A DNA stretch of 64,000 bases from positions 12,152,001 through 12,216,000 of the forward strand of contig OX442314.1 in the NCBI GenBank assembly GCA_949358305.1, in the 5' to 3' direction. Origin of the DNA: Strigamia acuminata (taxonomy: Eukaryota). Under the pieces are notes generated by a model that had not been told where the DNA came from, did not search any database, and worked only from the letters and a program-made list of their open reading frames with translations. Positions within the stretch are counted from its first letter, which is position 1, and each line of letters opens with the position of its first letter. Position numbers and translations under genes: made by a program. Of the stretch, positions 17,092 to 32,970 are shown piece by piece.

Positions 17092-19662
17092 TTAGCTTTG
17101 TGGTTTTTTCAAGAGCACAATCTGATTGCATAACCCTTCGACGACCCCACCTTTCGGGAGATGATATTTGGAGCCTTCGGCAACGCGATTCGGGTCCATC
17201 TCGATTAAATTATTATTGCTCAGTTGGAGATTGTCGTACAACCATAGACCCAGCCAGTTACTTTTGCCCTGTTTAGCTAAAATATAAAGGGTACCCTGTT
17301 GGCAAAGAGATGCGAGTGCTTCTTTGTCAGACTTGTCGGTGGCATGAAATAAATTGGTAAGCCCGGAGTTAAGCTCGTAAGTACGGAGATCGGTGACAGC
17401 TGCCTTTGGTATTGCTATGATAATCCCTGCTACAACGGCCCAGTGTGCTTTGTGGCCTCTTTTACAACATGGCTCGAAGTTGAAATCTGCATCGTAACTG
17501 CATGCATCTGTTAGGGATTTTATCATTTTCAAATTAACGTTTTTTACTTTCTGTTTTTGCTGCAAAAACAAGATAAAGTTTTGGTTTTTACCGTTTCTAT
17601 AAACAAAATGGCATCAACAACAGCCAAAAACCATCAACTAAATTCAAAATGGCTGCCTCGAACGTTAGATCGACGGATCAGTGTCATAAACACTTCCAGG
17701 TGAAGCATCCACCTCCCAAAATGGTAGTAAATGCTTAGGTTAGGTAAGTTTTTGTGTACTATTTTGACCGTTTTTATAAGCGACATAAACGGTATGAACC
17801 TCATGAATGTGCGTGAAATTGTTTGGTTTTTTTTTTGTAAACGAATTATCAATGAGTTATGGCTTATTATTTTCAATATAATTCTGCTTTTACTCACTTG
17901 AGTGGCAGCCATTTTGAATTTGGTTGAGAAAACCTGAACCAAGGTTGTGTAAACCTATTTAAAACCTACCCTATATAGTTGTGATTTCTGTTTATAGAAA
18001 CACTAAAAACAGCGAAAACTGATACTCCAATTGCGATTATAGTAGGTGCATTCGAAAAGTCGTGTTTCAAGTGATTTAGGTGTTTGTGTTTATCTTTTAG
18101 CGTCATATAACAAAAGGACTAACGCCTAAATCAATTAAAACACGTCTTTTTGACCGTCACTTAGTGTTTGTATTGAAAGGATACGGCACTAGAACGGGAT
18201 CGCCTCTCAAAATATGTTGGACAATTGCGTGTCGAGAAGCTAGACCATCATTCAGAACAGATGTTTCACAATGTAAAAGTTTCCTCGCTAATCTGCTCAT
18301 ATCCGAAGCTAAAAAATAAACCAAAACAAAAATGAGATCAATTTAAAAATTAATTCAAATAATTTCTCTCCCAAACTCAAGTTAGACCAGAAAATATCGT
18401 GAAGATTTTTTTTTCCATTCTGATAATACACACAATGAAGTCCCTACATACGAACATCCGAGTTATGAACTTTCAGAGATACAAATTTCAAAATTCGCAA
18501 CCAACTGTTTTACTTTTCAAAGTAAGATTAAAAATATTTTCTTTAATTAGGATTAACAATTTTTCCACCTTGTACACCTTTGCTGAACTTACAAACAATC
18601 CGACTTGCGAACGCGTTCTTGGAACACAGTGCTGGACTGACCCATGACGATTTGAAATATTTTTCATACACCGTGGCCCGACCTATCCAGATTTCCCGGT
18701 ATAAATATGTTCCCATGGCCCGACCTATCCAGATTTCCCGGTATAAATTTGTTCCCATGGCCCGACCTATCCAGATTTCTCGGTATAAATTTGTTCCCGT
18801 GGCCCGACCTATCCAGATTTCCCGGTATAAATTTGTTCCCGTGGCCCGACCTATCCAGATTTCCCGGTATAAATTTGTTCCCATGGCCCGACCTATCCAG
18901 ATTTCCGGGTATAAATTTGTTCCCGTGGCCCGACCTATCCAGATTTCCCGATACTAAATTTGTTTCCAGTCCAGCCCTGTTGGAACAGAACTTGTTCTCG
19001 TATGTAGGGGGCTTACTGTATAGGAAAATTCATGGTCTCAAAATTTCTGGTCGACTCCAGACACAGAGATTTGGAGGGACTGTTACCAGAAAACATTTCT
19101 CCTTGAATAGTATATCCTTCATTCTGTGCAGTTGTCAGGATTTCATCAATGGCAGGAACACGTTTCGGATGGAACAATTGAGTGGCCATTTGAAGAGCAA
19201 CAAGTCCACACCTAAAAATTAAATTTATTCAAAAAAATAAAAAAAATAAAAAATTTAAATTCTTGGTCCTTACGTTGGACCATTCTGGATGACCGCATCA
19301 ATTTTTTTATAACAGGCTACAAGGCATAAGGAATCATGTAACTGATTTCTAAACATCTTCTTACATGCAATTGCAACTTCATCCTGCAACAAAGAATTGT
19401 CAACAAAACAAAACTCTTGCAAAGCAAAACAAAGAAAATGAGACTTCACCTGAGCATTTAACTTGATGCACGGATGATAATTGGAGCTAAAGGCTTGTTC
19501 CAGGTACGACGATGGAAATATATCATCGGGAGGAGGCGGGGGAGGGACGGGGGGTGGATGATGAGCCTGATGAGATGAATGTTTGAGCCGAGAGGTGCTT
19601 TTCATCGACGCATCAACTTGGTAAGGCACCCGAAACAAGTTAGTACAAAAGGCAGTGCTCAT
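17092..19662 (-). CDS. ACTMAP: Actin maturation protease (C19orf54/UPF0692), 4 exons; start codon uncertain
   Basis: Poly-Pro N-terminus, IQNGPT|CGLVALQMA, GYTIQGEMFS, PVLVP|YDADFNFEPCCKRGHKAHWAV, AKQGKS, SNNNL. Confidence 0.9.
17498..18184 (-). other. U12-type (minor spliceosome) GT-AG intron in ACTMAP
   Basis: Donor GTATCCTTT; branch-like TCCCTAAC about 12 nt before the terminal CAG; no polypyrimidine tract; splicing restores VP|YD. Confidence 0.88.
18627..18979. mobile_element. hAT-type MITE filled with about 6.7 copies of a 42-bp tandem repeat, in an ACTMAP intron
   Basis: 13-bp TIRs cagtgctggactg / cagtccagccctg; exact 8-bp TSD ttggaaca; unit gtggcccgacctatccagatttcccggtataaatttgttccc. 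Confidence 0.88.
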
Positions 19663-20245
19663 ATAAAAACAAACGATTAATTAAAGCCGTCGCCACCACT
19701 TTGCTTCGATTCCTCTTTAATCAGCTGTATTGGTCTTCCCGAGCCACTTCCTTTGTTGACGACTCCTCCATCCCTTACAAGTCCATCAACAGCTGTTGTT
19801 AAATGGACAAAAACGTCACCGATGTCGCCACCTGACGGTAAAAATGCTTAAAACGGATAACGGACGAGCGGTACCCAAAGCTCAAAGAAGTGCATATCTC
19901 TGGCTAGATTTTCTTTGATTTATTCCAGTTGAGTTGTGAATATGTAAGCACGTAATATAGCCTCGTGTTGGTGTCTAAAAATAACGTTGTTTGCAAATAA
20001 TACACGCAATTAATATACGTTATGGTTTATTTTTAGCCTCTATTTTGTGGCGTGACATGAAAAAGTCATATGGAAAGGAAAATACGACCTTCGGATTTCT
20101 ATTTCTCCCACATGGGTCAACGGTTAAGCTCCGTATGAGAAATTAAATTTGACGTTTGATAAATAATAGATTAAACGAAAGATGTGTGACTTATGATAAA
20201 TATTAACGATTGGACACCGGAGGAAGAAATTCGCACACCTTAGCA

Positions 20246-21807
20246 ATGGCTTCCATGAAATTCGATGACGGTTCGCGAGCGAAGAAATTAATTCGAGAGG
20301 CCGCCATTCAAATATTTTCCGGCGGTTCAGCCGGTAATGTTGATATTTACGTGAAAAAGTAATATTTTGATGGAATTTCTTAATTTTTTTAATTTTTAAT
20401 TTTTATTTACAGGGTTCGTCGAAGTATGCATAATGCATCCGTTGGATTTGGTGAAAACGCGATTTCAAATTCAAACTAAAGCGATTCCAGGAGATCCCCA
20501 CTATTATACGTCAATTGCAGATTGCATGGGGAAAATGTATAGAAGCGAAGGGTTAGTTTGATCGCGGTTCGATCACTTTAGTGATGGGTCGTTTTAGCGA
20601 AGTGAGGTCGGGTTAAAGTCGCTAAAAGGTTGTCGCTAAAGTGAACCAAGTGTGTTTGGTTGTATTTCGTGTTAAAAGAAGAATTTTAAATGATGTTTTG
20701 TTTGTGTTTCAGTTTGTTTTCGTTCTGGAAGGGAATTGTGCCTCCGATTTTAGCTGAAACTCCTAAACGTGCCGTCAAAGTGCGTAATGTTGCTAGAAAA
20801 ATAGAAGAGAGACTCGATAAATGTGATTAAATGTTATTTTCTTTGAAATTTAATTTAGTTTTTTACGTTTGAACAATACAAACAATTTTTTTTGTTCGGA
20901 TCAGCCGTTCCGACTCCACTGGTAAATACATTTTAATCAATTAGCAAGATGTGAAATTTGGAATTGTTATTGATTTTCTAGACATTTTCCTTAGCTGGTC
21001 TCTGCGCGGGAATAACCGAAGCCGTGCTCGTGAACCCGTTCGAACGTGTCAAAGTGCAGATGCAAGCGGACAGACACACACTCGATAAAGTAAAATAAAT
21101 AAATTTAATTTAATTTGATTAAAGTAAAATCATTTTTCAGATGCCGAGTACGTGGAGTGTGACGAGACGAATTGTTCGTCAGGATGGACTGGGGCTTCGA
21201 GGATTGAATAAAGGCGTGACGGCAACTATGGCTCGAAATGGAATCTTCAATATGATTTATTTTGGCTTTTATCACAGCGTCAGACCGCTCGTTCCTCAAC
21301 CAAAAGTGAAAATATCAAATTATTTGATTTAATTTAATTAATCTTAATTTTTTTAATATTTTTTTTTTTAGAATTCCAAGTTGGTTTTACTGAAAAACTT
21401 ATCAATTGGTTTCACGAGCGGGGTTTTGGGTTCTTTGGTCAACATCCCATTCGATGTTGCGAAAAGTCGTATTCAAGGTCCTCAACCTGTGCCCGGTGAA
21501 ATTAAATATAAAACCACACTTGGTTCCATTGCTACTGTATACAGAGAGGAAGGGTAAATGTTTTAAATTGAAATTAATGGAAATAAATTGATTTAATGGT
21601 GAAAACTTATAGTTTTAGGGCGTTGTACAAGGGACTTGCACCCAAAGTCCTGCGATTGGGCCCAGGTAAAAATATTAGGATCGAAATTGAAGTTATTGAT
21701 TTTTAATTTTTAATTTTTAATTCTTATCGTAAGGTGGTGCGATTATGCTGATCGTTTACGAGCATATAAACGAGACGTTAAAGCGGTATTTCCCCGACGA
21801 AGCGTGA
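20246..21807 (+). CDS. SLC25A21: Mitochondrial 2-oxodicarboxylate carrier
   Basis: REAAIQIFSGGSAGFVEVCIMHPLDLVKTRFQIQ, KGIVPPILAETPKRAVKF, NPFERVKV, NIPFDVAKSRIQGPQP, PKVLRLGPGG. Confidence 0.96.
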
Positions 21808-23720
21808 TAATTGATGTGCTTCTTCAGTATTAGATTAGAGAAAGCTTTATAACGTTTTTTTATTCCAAAAAAAAACATAATATATAAATTTTGAAATGTT
21901 TATAAACTGTATTATGACCAAAAACTGACTTTAAAAAAGTCATCAATGTGTAAGCATTTTGTATAATCACTCACAATGTGTGTTGTATGTAAAAATCTGG
22001 CGAATAAAATTGATGTTGAAAAAATTAATCTGTTTTTTAAATTAAAAATAAAAAAACAACGATAAAACAAAAAAAAATGAAATAAAAATTACGTAATTGC
22101 AAGCGCCGTGGGATCTGCGATCTCGTTTTTCATCTTCTCGTTACCAACAGACGTCATCTCATTGTGACGTCATGTTGAAAGATCAACAACTGAGAGCGAG
22201 AACAGGTAACAACGGTGCATTAAGTTCCATTCACGAGTGAAACAACTATCGCACAGGTTACCACTAATGCAAAGTGCCGAGACCGAACTAGCGACTCGTG
22301 TATGGGAACGGCGTTGACAAATCAGCACGCAACACGACCAGCCGCAACACGAATGCGTCTCTAGGACGAAACGAAGCAATGCAGCACCGTCGCGATTGCG
22401 AGCTCACGACCGACGTATTGGTAGGCCTAAAACTCTTGATCAAATAACAAATACAACATTCCAAGGTGTTCGGCGCGGTCGAATAATGCGCAACGAAAAC
22501 AATCGAGCCGATACGAATGGACCGAGTGAACAAAACCACTTAATAAAGTGGCACAGGAAGTTCATTCAGGTCAATCGTGCATTTATCCATGTGCACTTCT
22601 CCATGTTGGGATCGTGATTTTTTTTTTTTTTTTTTTTTTGAAATTTTTTTTTTTTTTAAAGGCAAAGAATATTAAACTTAATATTTTTTTCCGAAATTTT
22701 TGACACATTTTATCAATTGGGGAATTAAATTTACACCATTTAATTGGAATCGGGAAACGAGCAAATTGGATAACTCGCATAACTCGATCGAATTTAATTT
22801 GAATAAAATTCCGAAATGTTTTTTTTTTTCAATTTTAATTTTTTTTTAATTTTATTAATGAAATCGATCTAATTAATAAGTGAAATAATGTTTTTCCAGT
22901 CATCACTGACACGCAATAAGGATATAGACGTAAAAAACAGATGTATGTAAATACCTTCAACATTGAATTAAAAGAAAACAAACGTGTAAACACCACAAAC
23001 GTATTGTTTCTGATAAAATAAATCATTTTTTAATGATAAATTTTATTAATGAGTGTTTCATGTCGTCTGATCGAGGAAGGAAATGAAAAAATTGCAATAA
23101 AAAAGATCATTTTGAGGCAAGTTGGAAACGTAGGAGCAGCGGGCGGCCATTTTAATATTGTTGTAAATAATACAGCATTAATAGAAATGGACATTAAATG
23201 TATTACAACTGGAAAAACATTTTTTTTTAATACTTATTTTTGAAGAGTAAATAAAATTATCTTTGCTTTTAGTCAAAATATATTTTTGTTTTCCGTTGCT
23301 ATGTTTTCGTTTCTGCCACTAATAACATATTATGTAATTGAATTTTTACTTTGTTTATGTCTACAGTTAGTCTTTATCAGTGCTTATCAAATTCGATACT
23401 TATTTTTAAAAAAAAAGATATTTTTTCTACTTTCCTACGGTTTAAAAACGATTTTTTTAAACATATTTTCTCGTTATTATTTCAGCCCGGAAACATAAAA
23501 CTAATTAGAAGACAGGGGGTAAAGGAAAAAAAAAATGGCCGAATAAATCACATGTTTTCTAACATGGATGCATAATGGAAACACTTGTTGTTGTTGTTGT
23601 AGTGGCGCGCAGCGTAAACAATCGTTAACGACAATTAAAAAAGATTGAATTTGGAATTTTGCTAAAAATTGCGGATGTTATCTTTTATTTTTTCAGAGTT
23701 TCAAGTAGTGATCAGGTGAC

Positions 23721-26728
<3,008 letters not shown>

Positions 26729-27259
26729 AAGGAAGGAATTTATTTAAGTGGAAAAAGAGAGAGAGAGAAAAAATTTTTAAAAAATTGTTATTAGTTGTTA
26801 TTGAAGTTGAAAAACTAGTTCAAACAAAATCTCATGTATTCCATGTTAAGTGGTGATGGTGATGGTGAACGAAAAGTAAGACAGACTGATAATCATTCTA
26901 AAAAAATAAATAATAATAATAATAATAATAATATCAGGTGTTTGGGACTTATCATCTTCGTTTCAGGCATATCAAAAGAAAGAGAAAAAAAATTTTGGAA
27001 GTTGTTTTTTATTAGTTGAAAAATAATGAAGACTTTATAGAAAAAAATATGAAATCAAAGAAATCAATAATGTTTTTAATTTTATTTTTGCTTTTATTGT
27101 TTTTATTGTTTTTTCAAGCTCGATATTCATCGTTTAAGTGTAACTAATTAAGTGAATAACGAGACACGTGCGTGTGTTTTTTAAAGGTGTGATTTTTTCC
27201 TTTTTGTTTGTTATTGAGCTTTATTTGTATTTGTTTTTTAATAAGGAATTTTTTTGTTT

Positions 27260-27291
<32 letters not shown>

Positions 27292-29944
27292 GTACTGTAA
27301 ATGTTGCACAAAAGAATTATTTGGAAAATAATAATAATTACTTATGATAAATAAGTTAGATTAAAGAAAGCGTATTATTGGTTATAATTGCTTCCGTAGT
27401 GTTAGGAAGCTTAATTTTTGACATTTGATTGAATGTCGTGGCATATCGTGTACTAATTGAGTTTCATGTTTTGCATTTTTTTTTCTCGCATACTTATTTG
27501 TAGATAAACAATCTGATTTGTTTAAACAATTTTAAAATAGGCATTTGCTGTGAGGGTAAAAAGTGTTATTGAAAAACTTTATAATGAACGTGGGATTTAA
27601 ATTTACAATAAACTATTACTGAAAGTGAGTTTGTGTTTTTCTCGAGTCTGAGTACAGTTGAGTCTCGTTATAACGGATCGGAAAGGACTAATTATATAAA
27701 TTTTTTTAACGGGTTGTATTTATTGGAACACTATTTATTCTTTCATTTTTACTAAAATTCCGTACTACTTTTTTTCACACTATTCTATTTTTTTTTCGCT
27801 TAAAATTACTTAATTCTGCACTAATGTTTACAATTGTGCCAACAGTGCCTTTTTGGCTTTAGCGCAACATCAAATTGCAAAGAGTATTGACCGCGGAAAT
27901 ACACTTTGCGACAGATGGGCTTCGCGGCCCAACACTGGAAGGTGTTGTTCCGTGAAGCCCACCTGTCCAGCAGACGTTCATCAAACAAGGCGATTTAAAA
28001 TATCGCGAAGTTTTGATTAGCGATTACCTTTTTTGTGGGCGATCAGTTTAAAAGATAGAAATTAAGAATCGTTGAAACAAAGAAATTGGAAAAGATTGTG
28101 ATTTGTAAGATACTCTGCACAAAATGTAACGAAATTTCAGGATAAATAATTGCTGTTACAACGCTGTTATTGAAGGCAATCGAAGTAATGGCTTAATCTA
28201 GAGATTCAAATTTTAAAAAAATCATACTAAAATATTTTGTGTTTTACTTCAATTTTAAACTCAAAATGACATCATTTACTGTTTAAACCCATGTTAAAAC
28301 TTAAAATACACTTAAACTACAACTCCTTGCAAAAAAATGGCATATCCTTATTTTAGAAACTTTTAATATTTGAAATTTCTCAGAAACTATTTCTCACAAG
28401 TAAAAATGGTTTTAGAAGGATTTAAAGGAATGTTAGAGCTATCATTTCGTTAAAAGTTTTTTGGAAAAAATGAATAGTTAAAGAGAAAAAAATTAAAAAC
28501 CCCAAAAAGTGACAATTTACAATATTTCTCATAACTTATAAACAGAATGAGATAAAATTAAAAACTAAACAGATTTGAGACCGTCTATATCCCAGGAAAC
28601 TTTTCTAAATTGGATGTATGAGTCTCCAAGGCCCTCAAAATGAGGCGTAATGGAGCTATGTAAAGGGATTGACAACAACTATTTTTCGAAAAATCGTGGC
28701 GAGCACAACTGTTGACAAATCAAAACGAAAATTTAGCATTGAAGCATTATTGTGTCGTACTATAACATGTTATAGTTATGACTTGATTCCTCCACAACGC
28801 AGCTGGAAAGTGCAAAAGTGTTTTTTTCAAGAAAATAAATGCGTTTTTAAAGCCCAAAAATGCATTTTAAAGTCCAAAAATGCAATTTTCAAGTCCAAAA
28901 ATGCAATTTTCAAGTCCAAAAGTCTCTTTTGCACTTTTTATGAGCAAAAATTGAGTTTTTGAGATTGAAAATTTATTCTAATTATCGCCTAACCATTTTG
29001 TACGCGGAGGGAATTTTAGTTCTGTCAATAGAGCGCGGGTGTTCTGCGAGAGCATTTACGTTATGGTAGTGTTAGTGTCAAATTTTTAAGTTGCATCTGT
29101 TTCATGAGCACATATCTCTTTTTCACAGTTTAAAAATTTCTTGGCAAGTGCATCTTTTTTCTGCGGTACAAAAAGCTCATCCATCAAATCTACAATTGTT
29201 TTTTCAAAAAATTGAATACTCACATCATTGGTGGATAAGGATTTCAATTAGTCAACAAATTTTGCGTGATAAATTTTTTGATATTTATTGTTCTACGGAT
29301 AAAAACGAATGCAAAGAAAGATTAAACTTAATTACCGCAGATAGTACTGAAAGCTTGAAATAAATAATGAATTTTGCCCCTATGGCGTTATTATTAAATA
29401 GCGGCAAATTCAATTCCAGTAAATTAAATACATAAATATAAAATGTTTATAAAAAAAAATATTTTATATTTTTGTTTATTATAGAAAATAAAGACAACAT
29501 TCTACACTTTAACACAATAAATGTGGGTTTGCTTCTTGCTGGTTTTGTGATAAGATCTTATTTTCTGGAATAACCAATAAAAATAAATTCTGTCCCATAA
29601 AAAGACTTTCACCAAAATGTAAAATAACAATTTCAAATTATGCCATTTCTTCCATAGATCTTTTAAATATTTAATTGTTGAAATCCAATGTTTATATCTT
29701 ACATAACAACATTAACTACACTCAACTACACTCAACTCAAGAAACTATGTAATTCAAGTGTACCATTATGCTATAACTACTAAACGAAATCTTATATTCT
29801 TCACTATAAAGACCAAATTATACCGACTTTGCATTTTTGATTACTTTGTTTAATCACCACTGGATTTAGCTCGTTTGAAATCCTGTACAAAAATAGTAAG
29901 AATTTATAAAAATTTATCTTATTCTGTTACTTCAGCCTATTAGA

Positions 29945-30790
29945 ATGATGCTGTCGATTTTCATAGTTGTTGCTCTTTCGACGCCATTTGCTGCAGCATA
30001 TGTAAGCTGAATGTATTTTTTTCAAACTTTCAAACTGTAAAATCTGTAAATACAATTTAATTTATTTTAGGAATGCTTCGATTCGGCGAAGTATATTGCG
30101 TCGGTTGTATTTCTTTGCTTATGCAATAACAAATTATATAATTAACTTATTGTTAAAAGTAAAATTTATTTTTCAGATTCACCATATTCATGAAGAATGC
30201 AGAGATGTTGTTCAAAAGGTGGTCCAAGATAGAAGTGTAAGTACTACACAGTTGGATGAACATATTTCTTGTTGTGTTTCTGCTTTTCAATTACAATTTT
30301 GTTTCAGGATTGTGGATTTGCTTACGTTATTTGGGGAATGTGTCATTATAGAGCCAGCAAAATTGTATGTCCAATTCAAGCGTTTAATAATTCGATTTTT
30401 GTCTTATAATTAATTTGCTTTTTATATGCAGAACAATAAATACCAGCAAATTGATCACACAAAATTTGTAGAGTTATTAAAATCGTTTTCCAGCAATCCG
30501 GTGAGTACTGCATGTTATTAAAATTCATAATTTCTCATAATATCCTTTTTGTACAACTGACTAACAGAATAAAGAGGCACTCGCGGTTAGACTTTCCGTC
30601 TGTGAAAAAGAGGGATTAATTCATGGAGGAGATGTAACTTAAAAACTGAACATGTTATGTATTTTCACTAATATTTTTTAAATTTCTACTTAAGTTTACC
30701 CCATACTTCGATTGCCTTCAACTGAGATGTCCCGAAGTGGGAAACATTCGAGTTGACTTCGACAACGCAGCACATGGAATTTGTGCATGA
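29945..30790 (+). CDS. Secreted 8-Cys small protein family (OBP-like?), copy A, 145 aa, 7 coding exons
   Basis: Exons 29945-30001, 30071-30103, 30177-30236, 30308-30364, 30432-30500, 30568-30633, 30695-30790, all phase-0 GT-AG: MMLSIFIVVALSTPFAAAY ECFDSAKYIAS IHHIHEECRDVVQKVVQDRS DCGFAYVIWGMCHYRASKI NNKYQQIDHTKFVELLKSFSSNP NKEALAVRLSVCEKEGLIHGGD FTPYFDCLQLRCPEVGNIRVDFDNAAHGICA*. TATA-like tataaa near 29807, 5'UTR intron 29896-29935, AATAAA after the stop. Confidence 0.9.
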
Positions 30791-30879
30791 GTGATGAATA
30801 AAATATAAATATAAGTAAAAATGACTGTACTGTATCCATTACAAAGAAATAAAAATATTTTCACACACGACCAGCCAGA

Positions 30880-31311
30880 AGGGTAGCCACATTTATTGTG
30901 TTTAAAGTGTAGAATTTGGTCTTTGTTTGAAATTTATAACAAAAATGAACAAAAACGTGCAATTAAATAAATACCGAATTAAATACATTTGTAGAATTAT
31001 TTTCGGTTGTTTGTTTTATAGAAATTTATTATTTAAAACACCCTAACACACGTTTTTTATGCTGAAGGTACAGTAAAGACCATCAATGCTCTTATTTCTA
31101 CACCCTCAAACAGCCCAAAGAGAGAGTGACCCCTCGTTTACAAAAATTACATCACTTCTGTACGGTAAAATATTTTAAAGGTTATATTCAAACTTGTATT
31201 AATTGGAGAAGTGCATTAAAAATGATTTATTGCATTTTTTTGTTTATTTTTGTTATAAAATTTCAAGTAAAGACAAAATTCTACACTCTTTTTTTATACA
31301 TATGCAACCCT
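30880..31311. mobile_element. Degenerate inverted-repeat element (MITE-like) between copies A and B
   Basis: About 80 bp of imperfect inverted arms (agtgtagaatttggtctttgtttgaaatttataacaaaaat vs its complement at 31245-31290). Confidence 0.5.
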
Positions 31312-31706
31312 TATTGCAGGTTGATCAGAAAAACAGGAAATAATAACACTACAGTACTCGTAGAGTAGAGCGCTATCTAGCGGAAAAAAACAAATCCAAA
31401 ACGACATAACTGCCACGAGGTGGCTTTCCGACGGAAAAGATGGAGTTGCTGATCATTTGATTTTTTCATCTTGGACTTGTATCTGCAAATTTTGAAACCA
31501 CGCACTGTCCTTAACATTGCCGTTGAGTGAGTATGATAATTTGTCGTTCATCCAGAGAGAGTTTAATTGAGAATTTAATTGAAGAAATGTAAAATGTGAC
31601 GACTAAATAATAACCATTGCGCAAGCTTAGGTAATTTATGTCTGTGGTCAAACATTTTAATTGCTTTGTAATGGATACAATACAAATAGTTTTTTACTTA
31701 TGTATT

Positions 31707-32822
31707 TTATTCATCAATCGTACAAATTCCCCTTGATGCACGGTAGTAGTCATATCGAATACTGCTTATCTCTGGACACCGTACTTGAATGCAATCGAAG
31801 TATGGGTGAAGCTAGAGATTAAAAAAAAATATTAGTGAGAAGATAATACAATGTTCAATTTTTAAGTTACATCTCCTTCGTGAAAAAATATCTCGTGTTC
31901 ACAGTTGGCAAGTGCCCTGGTGAATGTATCTCTCTTCTGTTAGTTAAACAAAAAGGTTATCTATGAACAATTGTGAAGTTTTTTAAAAAATGCACTACTC
32001 ACTTTATTGACGGCAAAGAATTGTAATAATTCCATAAATTTTTTGTGATCGATTTGCTGGAATTTATTGTTCTGCGTATAAAAATCAAAGCGTAAACACA
32101 AATACACAGAATCGAATTATTAAAAGCTTGGCTTGGACTTACTATTCGGTACAGTCTATTATGACAAACTCCAAAAACGAAATAAGCAAGGTTACAATCC
32201 TGAAAAATTTAAATGAACAACAAAATTATAATTGAAAAATGAAAACACAACAAGAAATACCGTATTTTACAGATTAAGAGTTGCCCTCGAATTGTAGCCG
32301 CCCTCGAATAGTAGCCATGGCTGAGGCACCAAGAATACCGTATTTTTGCAAAAGCACGGTATTGTTTCCGTATTTAACCTCACGAATGTGCATTTTACGT
32401 TCGTGACGTTCGGACTTCGTTTGTTACATTAAACAAATGTAAGAAACGAAAAACCGAAATCGTAATTGATGACAAAAATGGCAGTTTTGAATAAGAGCCG
32501 CGGCTCTTAATCGCTAAAATAATACGGTGTATACTTAGGTAGGTCTTACACTTCTTGTTGTGACCAAATTTCTAACGATACGTCTGCATTCTATATGGAT
32601 CGATTGAACCTCAAAATAAATAAAATTAATTACTTAATGTGCCATTGTGTAAGCGAGATATGCAACCTGTCTCATATAATCCTTCGCATCGATGCAAACC
32701 TAAAATAAATTCATTGTATTTACAGATTTTAGAGTTTGAAAGTTTGGAAAAAACATTCAGTTTACATATGCTACAGCTTTTGAGGACTTTTCAACAATAA
32801 CTATAAAAATGTACAGAATCAT
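31707..32822 (-). CDS. Secreted 8-Cys family, copy B (degenerate signal peptide; possible N-terminal extension)
   Basis: MILYIFIVIVEKSSKAVAY VCIDAKDYMRQ VQSIHIECRRIVRNLVTTRS DCNLAYFVFGVCHNRLYRI NNKFQQIDHKKFMELLQFFAVNK KRDTFTRALANCEHEIFFHEGD LHPYFDCIQVRCPEISSIRYDYYRASRGICTIDE*; same exon structure as copy A. Confidence 0.85.
32258..32528. mobile_element. Tc1/mariner-like MITE in coding intron 3 of copy B (a related copy lies at 37903-38168 in copy C)
   Basis: taccgtatttt...gattaagag / ctcttaatc...aatacgg inverted ends; absent from the equivalent intron of copy A. Confidence 0.7.
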
Positions 32823-32869
32823 GTTAGGAGGCTGAAATGACAGAATGGTATAAATTTTACAAATGGTAA

Positions 32870-32970
32870 TACCTCCAGATTCATTCAAAGATTCTTCTGT
32901 AGATTCATTCAAAGTTTCTTCTGTAGGTTCATTCAAAGTTTCTTCTGTAGGTTTATTCAAAGTTTCTGTG
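32870..32970. repeat. 24-bp tandem repeat (x4), in frame as TEETLNEP on the minus strand
   Basis: ttcattcaaagtttcttctgtagg units. Confidence 0.85.

Noticed and set aside
18672..18955. CRISPR-like array or repeat-protein ORFs
   Set aside because: Units are contiguous with no unique spacers, the context is a eukaryotic intron, and the array lies inside a MITE. The ORFs arise because 42 is a multiple of 3.
19880..19890. In-frame TGA as possible selenocysteine
   Set aside because: No recognisable selenoprotein context and no SECIS identified.
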